Below are positions 59,853-64,000 of a DNA stretch of 64,000 nucleotides, one piece after another. Each line of letters opens with the position of its first letter. The first letter of the stretch is position 1. The translations under genes and the position numbers were made by a program. Source of the DNA: Selaginella moellendorffii. Lineage: Eukaryota; Plantae; Lycopodiophyta. Location: positions 62,001-126,000 of the forward strand of contig NW_003314275.1 in assembly GCF_000143415.4 (NCBI RefSeq), in the 5' to 3' direction. Below the pieces are notes generated by a model that ran no database searches, was not told the DNA's origin, and saw nothing but the letters and a program-made list of their open reading frames with translations.

Positions 59853-60580
59853 CAGGACAACCACGAAGGCATCTTTTGACGAAGGATGGAGTGTGTTTGC
59901 AAGCCAGAAGAAGGTTGTGGCTGGCGATACCGTTCTTTTTGTCAGGTGAGCTACGCCACTGATTTTATCTGTTTTTCATACCGTAATAATATTACATAAC
60001 ACGTAGGGGAGATCATGGTGAGTTGAGAATGGGAGTGCACGCAGGGCAGTGTCACTTCGTCTGCGCTACTGTCTAGCCACAGTATGCACATTGGAGTCCT
60101 GGCTGCTGCTGCTCATGCTGTATTCATTAACACCATGTTCACCGTGTTCTATAATCCTCGGTTTGACATTCTTTGGATTTAACACGGCAAAGTGGTGTTC
60201 TTCAGGGCTAGTCCAGCTGAATTTGTCGTTCCATCCCACAAGTACTGAAATCTTTCAAGATGAACATTTTGATTGGTATGCGCTTTCAAAATGAGATTTG
60301 AGACTGAGGATTCGTCGGAAAGAAGGTAAATCGTTTTGAAGTGATTCTCTTGTTTTGTCTACAGTACTCGGTAGTGTCAGATATATGGGAACTAGGCGCT
60401 CGATTGCCAGACTCTAACTGGCGCTTCCTAAGTTCCTAAAGGTAAAGAGTCTTGTCTTCAAGTGACGCATTTTTCAGCTTCTTCCTTTCTGATATAAGGT
60501 CGGTTGGACGAGCACGCGGCTAGTGAAAGACAGGAGAGGGTGTCACGAAAGCCATTTGTTGCTCCCCCGGTTTCGACGAA
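59853..60580 (+). pseudogene. ARF: Auxin response factor (ARF) pseudogene: B3 C-terminus plus Auxin_resp domain, introns retained
   Basis: [81 protein letters not shown], with frameshifts and stops. Confidence 0.85.
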
Positions 60581-61879
60581 GAGATTCAGGCCAACAATGC
60601 TCACAGACATAAGTACATCTCGATGCACTTTTAATTCAATCAGGTGCCAGTCGAAAGTTATATGACAATCTTCTTCGCCAGATCCTACAGGCCAGCTGTA
60701 ATTTGCAAACCTCTCACAAGTACGAAGCTGACGATTCTCCTGAAGTTTCCTACAGCTCTTTATTCCGAGGCTAAGATAACTCCAAGTGCTACTGAGGGTC
60801 ATAGTGCTCCCGGTTTTCCTTCTGGATTGCCAAGCCCCACTACCATCTCGTAGTAAAGTCGATTTATGGCAGCTTACGCTTTGGGGTCAGCAGTTTCGAG
60901 AGCAGAAGGTTCCTCCACAATTCGAGAGACCGCAGCAGCCTTCTCCAACCAGCAACTTCGCTTATAGCATTAAGTTGCCCAGTATACTTGCAGCAACATA
61001 CAACAGACAGATCTTTTCTTAAGCTTCCGCCTATGCTGTCCTCGCTGTAACACGCAGTAAGTAAATCACTTCTTACTACTCTTTTTTGTTCTTTCAGAAG
61101 TTGAGGAGCCCCTTGCGAGAGGTAATGCAAACGATTCTGACTGCGAGTGTAAACTATTTGGTTTCTCGTTGAAACCAAAGACAGCTTTGGCCAGCACCGC
61201 CAAAGACGACGTCGACAAAGATCTCGAGTTGGAAGCTTCCGGCTTCAGGAAGTGTTTTACTGGCCAGAACAGCCGAATTAAAAGAGGTATGCTCTAGAAT
61301 GATCAACGATAAAAGATAGGCTAGAGGCGATCAAGAATTCGTGTTGAAATACTCAACGTTTGAAACACCAGCTCTGCTCTTTCTTTTCTATTGCAGGGTA
61401 AAGAAGATGCTATGCTCAACGCAAAAAGGAGCCAGTGACATAAGATTATATGCTCGATCAAACAACTCAAACGAGCTAAGTGCAAAACAACGGTTCAAGG
61501 AACTGTCAACAATACAAACAAAACCAACGATTATTGAAAGTTGTTGTCAGGTTTGCGTGTGTTTCAAATTGTTCTAATTTCTTGTCATGAAAAGACAAGT
61601 GACGTGGTGGTGGTGCTCGATCACGATAAGTACTAAAAATTACTGTGTCCAAGAAGAAAAATGCTACTAGATTGGAGAGATTTTGTGTCAACGTTTTGGA
61701 GAGATTGTCAGCGCTTTGAGTATGTTCTTGCTGCGCTCAACACAAGACCTGGGAGCTGAGAAACAACTTTGGGCACCTGCGATCTTCAATCCAGCTGAAG
61801 ACGTACATGACAATGGTCCAACCTCAATGAAAACAATGATTGAATTTACAAGAAAAGACGCCTGAATCTACTCGTATAC

Positions 61880-61980
61880 TGTTTGTTCTAACTAGGATGT
61901 TTGTTGTTCAACGAAATGGAAATCGAAGTTTAACAGGTTCATGAGCTGTTTGTTCTAACCAAAATGTTTGTTCAACGAAC
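61880..61980. repeat. Short imperfect direct repeat (~35 bp x2)
   Basis: tgtttgttctaac...atgtttgtt(gtt)caacgaa at ~61880-61915 and ~61947-61979. Confidence 0.7.
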
Positions 61981-62621
61981 TAGGTTCTCTTTAGTTTTCT
62001 TTAAGGTTTCTCTAACTTCCTTTTGTTTTTGCAACGCCATGCCATAAAACAACGTTCCAGGTGGAAGTGTACGATTTGGCAGTGGCAAAACGAGACGATC
62101 TACACAAAGCACTCTGTGGTTTCCTTGAAAAGAAATGAATACATTTACAAAGTTGCAAAACATTGTCTGAGTAGTTATGTCAAAAAACACCAACCTCGGG
62201 CTCGTCACTTCCAAAGACTTCCAAGCCGATCCCCTCTGGCGTGAGCACGAGCAGCTTCGTGTCCTCTGTCCATGGCCGAGGAATTTCTTCCACTCCAGTC
62301 GCTGCTGCCTGAGTGTTTTCATCCAGCCTTTTGTCCAGTCTTGCCTCTAGCTCGTCCAGTCGTGCCTCTCGTCCATCTGAGGTAGAACTCTCTTCTTCGT
62401 CCCTGGCCTTCGGGACTCGAGCTCGTGCCTGAGCATAACGTCCTCTGCTTTGAAGTTGCAGTGTCACGGGAAGTCTCGGTCTCCTTGGTGTGCTGGTGGT
62501 TGTATCTCTCCACAAAACTCACAAACATTTCCTGGGTCGACACGGGAGACGCAAAATGCGAGACTCTTTTCGAAGTCCCCTACCTTGTCTCTGCACAAGA
62601 GATAAACCGTCGGGAGATCGC

Positions 62622-64000
62622 TGTTGAGACGCATCAGTGTAGATAGCCAGCCATCCAAGGTGGCAAGAGATTCATGTGGACGCTGAAATGAGCGGACACA
62701 AGACTTGCATATATTTACAAGAAAATGAAAAAGTGGTAGTTAGGGGAAACAGAGTATGTCGTTTAACTAGAAAACTAACATGGTATCGGAGCAAACGATG
62801 ATCTCATGGGCAAAACAAGACCACGCAGCGAGCAGCAAGGCTACACGACTCTAGATCGCATGACTGCTTGACTGGAGCAGAAGAAGAAGAAGGGAAAAAT
62901 CCGTGCTGTAGAAAAATTCATTTAAGATCACGGCTGGAGCGTGCTGGAAATTGTAGAAGAAATGACCACATCTTTCTCTGGGACAACTGTCCTCGAGTTG
63001 TCTAGGGGACAGAGCTGAAGTTAGCAGCAAGCAGGCAGGTCAGAAATGATAAGCAATCTCCACCATGGGGATTGGCTTGGGAAAATTGCACCACCACCAC
63101 CTGGATATCACAAAGACCGCAGAAGAGAACTGGACAGCCTTGAAGAATGTATTCAGGAACCAAGCCAACGCAGAGATTTCAAAGGCTGAGTTAAAGTCTA
63201 AGCTTTTTGCCTTAGCTTTTTTAGGAAGGCTGAAGTCGGTGCTCTCCCAGCTGTCAAGTCTAGGTGAAGCAGTCACTGAGAATGATAAGCAAGCAGTTCT
63301 TCTCAATGCTTTGGTTTGCCCAGAATTCAAATCATTGAATACTATGCTCAAGAACTCAACGAAAACCTTCATTGAAATGCAAGCAACTCTTATCAATGAA
63401 GAAGAATCAGCCGAAGACCAGACACCCGCAGATACAACCACGACCACAGCTTTGTTTGTCAACTCAAAGCAAACAAAGAATTCTCCAGGTAAAGGAGGCA
63501 GTGCTAGCAGTTTCAAGGCTGGTGCAAGCAGTTTCAGGGCTAGCAATGTTGGAGACAGCAACTCACGCGAGCGTAAAGGTATATTGTAAGTGGGTTGAAC
63601 ACTACGCCAGAGAATGCTGAGACAGGTTAGCAGGGCGTCCTCAAGGATTGGGGAGAAAGAACACTAAGACTGGCTATACAAACCAGTCAAGAGCTCTCAT
63701 GGTAAGAGCTATTCCAGAACCTGTGTTTGTTCTGCAGCAGGATCAAGACGTAATGTGGCTGGACACAGCAGCAAATATGCACATGACAGGCAGGCGAGAA
63801 GCTTTCCTGAATCTCAGGAAAATTTCTACAGGCAGACAGGTTGGTTTAGGAGACAAGAGTCTTCTTTCAGTTGTAGCAGTGGGCACAGTTCAAGTAAAGC
63901 TGGCCTCAGGAGAGCTACGACATAGCAGGAACATGTATTTTGTTCCAGGCTTGGCGTATCATCTTTTCTCAATCGGTGCAGCTTCTGACAACGGTTTCTA
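62622..64000 (+). mobile_element. Ty1/Copia LTR retrotransposon, 5' part (LTR, PBS, degenerate gag-protease), running off the window
   Basis: Putative LTR TGTT...AACA (62622-62780), PBS TGGTATCGGAGC (62781-62792), gag KTAEENWTALK...LLNAL, degenerate zinc knuckle (YCKWVEHYAREC), protease WLDTAANMHMTG...YFVPGLAYHLFSI; frameshifts present. Confidence 0.85.

Overview
Gene-dense eukaryotic (land-plant) genomic DNA with very short (~45-70 nt) introns, tiny intergenic spaces and PLS-class PPR genes. These traits suggest a lycophyte such as Selaginella (inference, not verified). The window holds about 19 protein-coding genes: calumenin-like EF-hand, SNRNP25-like, ceQORH-like oxidoreductase, CYP71-clan P450, DUF3598/BFA1-like, SPPL protease, PMT methyltransferase, pectate lyase, SDR, DeSI, OVATE-like, ABCC/MRP, SIN3-like, nicastrin, Yippee, CK2-alpha, two PPRs, oleosin and BTB/POZ. 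It also has a LINE with a nested short Copia element, two more Copia pieces, pseudogene fragments (CDC20, PPR, ARF) and two assembly gaps. The standout is a ~7.7 kb minus-strand gene (13231-20959) encoding a bacterial-style assembly-line megaenzyme: PUFA-isomerase-like flavoprotein, fatty acyl-AMP ligase, two carrier (ACP) domains, three membrane/beta-helix modules like the poly-lysine synthetase terminal region, and an embedded catalase-fold allene-oxide-synthase-like haem domain. It lies near ceQORH-like, P450 and beta-barrel genes, so the region may be an oxylipin/lipid-polymer biosynthetic locus. All family assignments come from motif recognition by eye; no database search was run.
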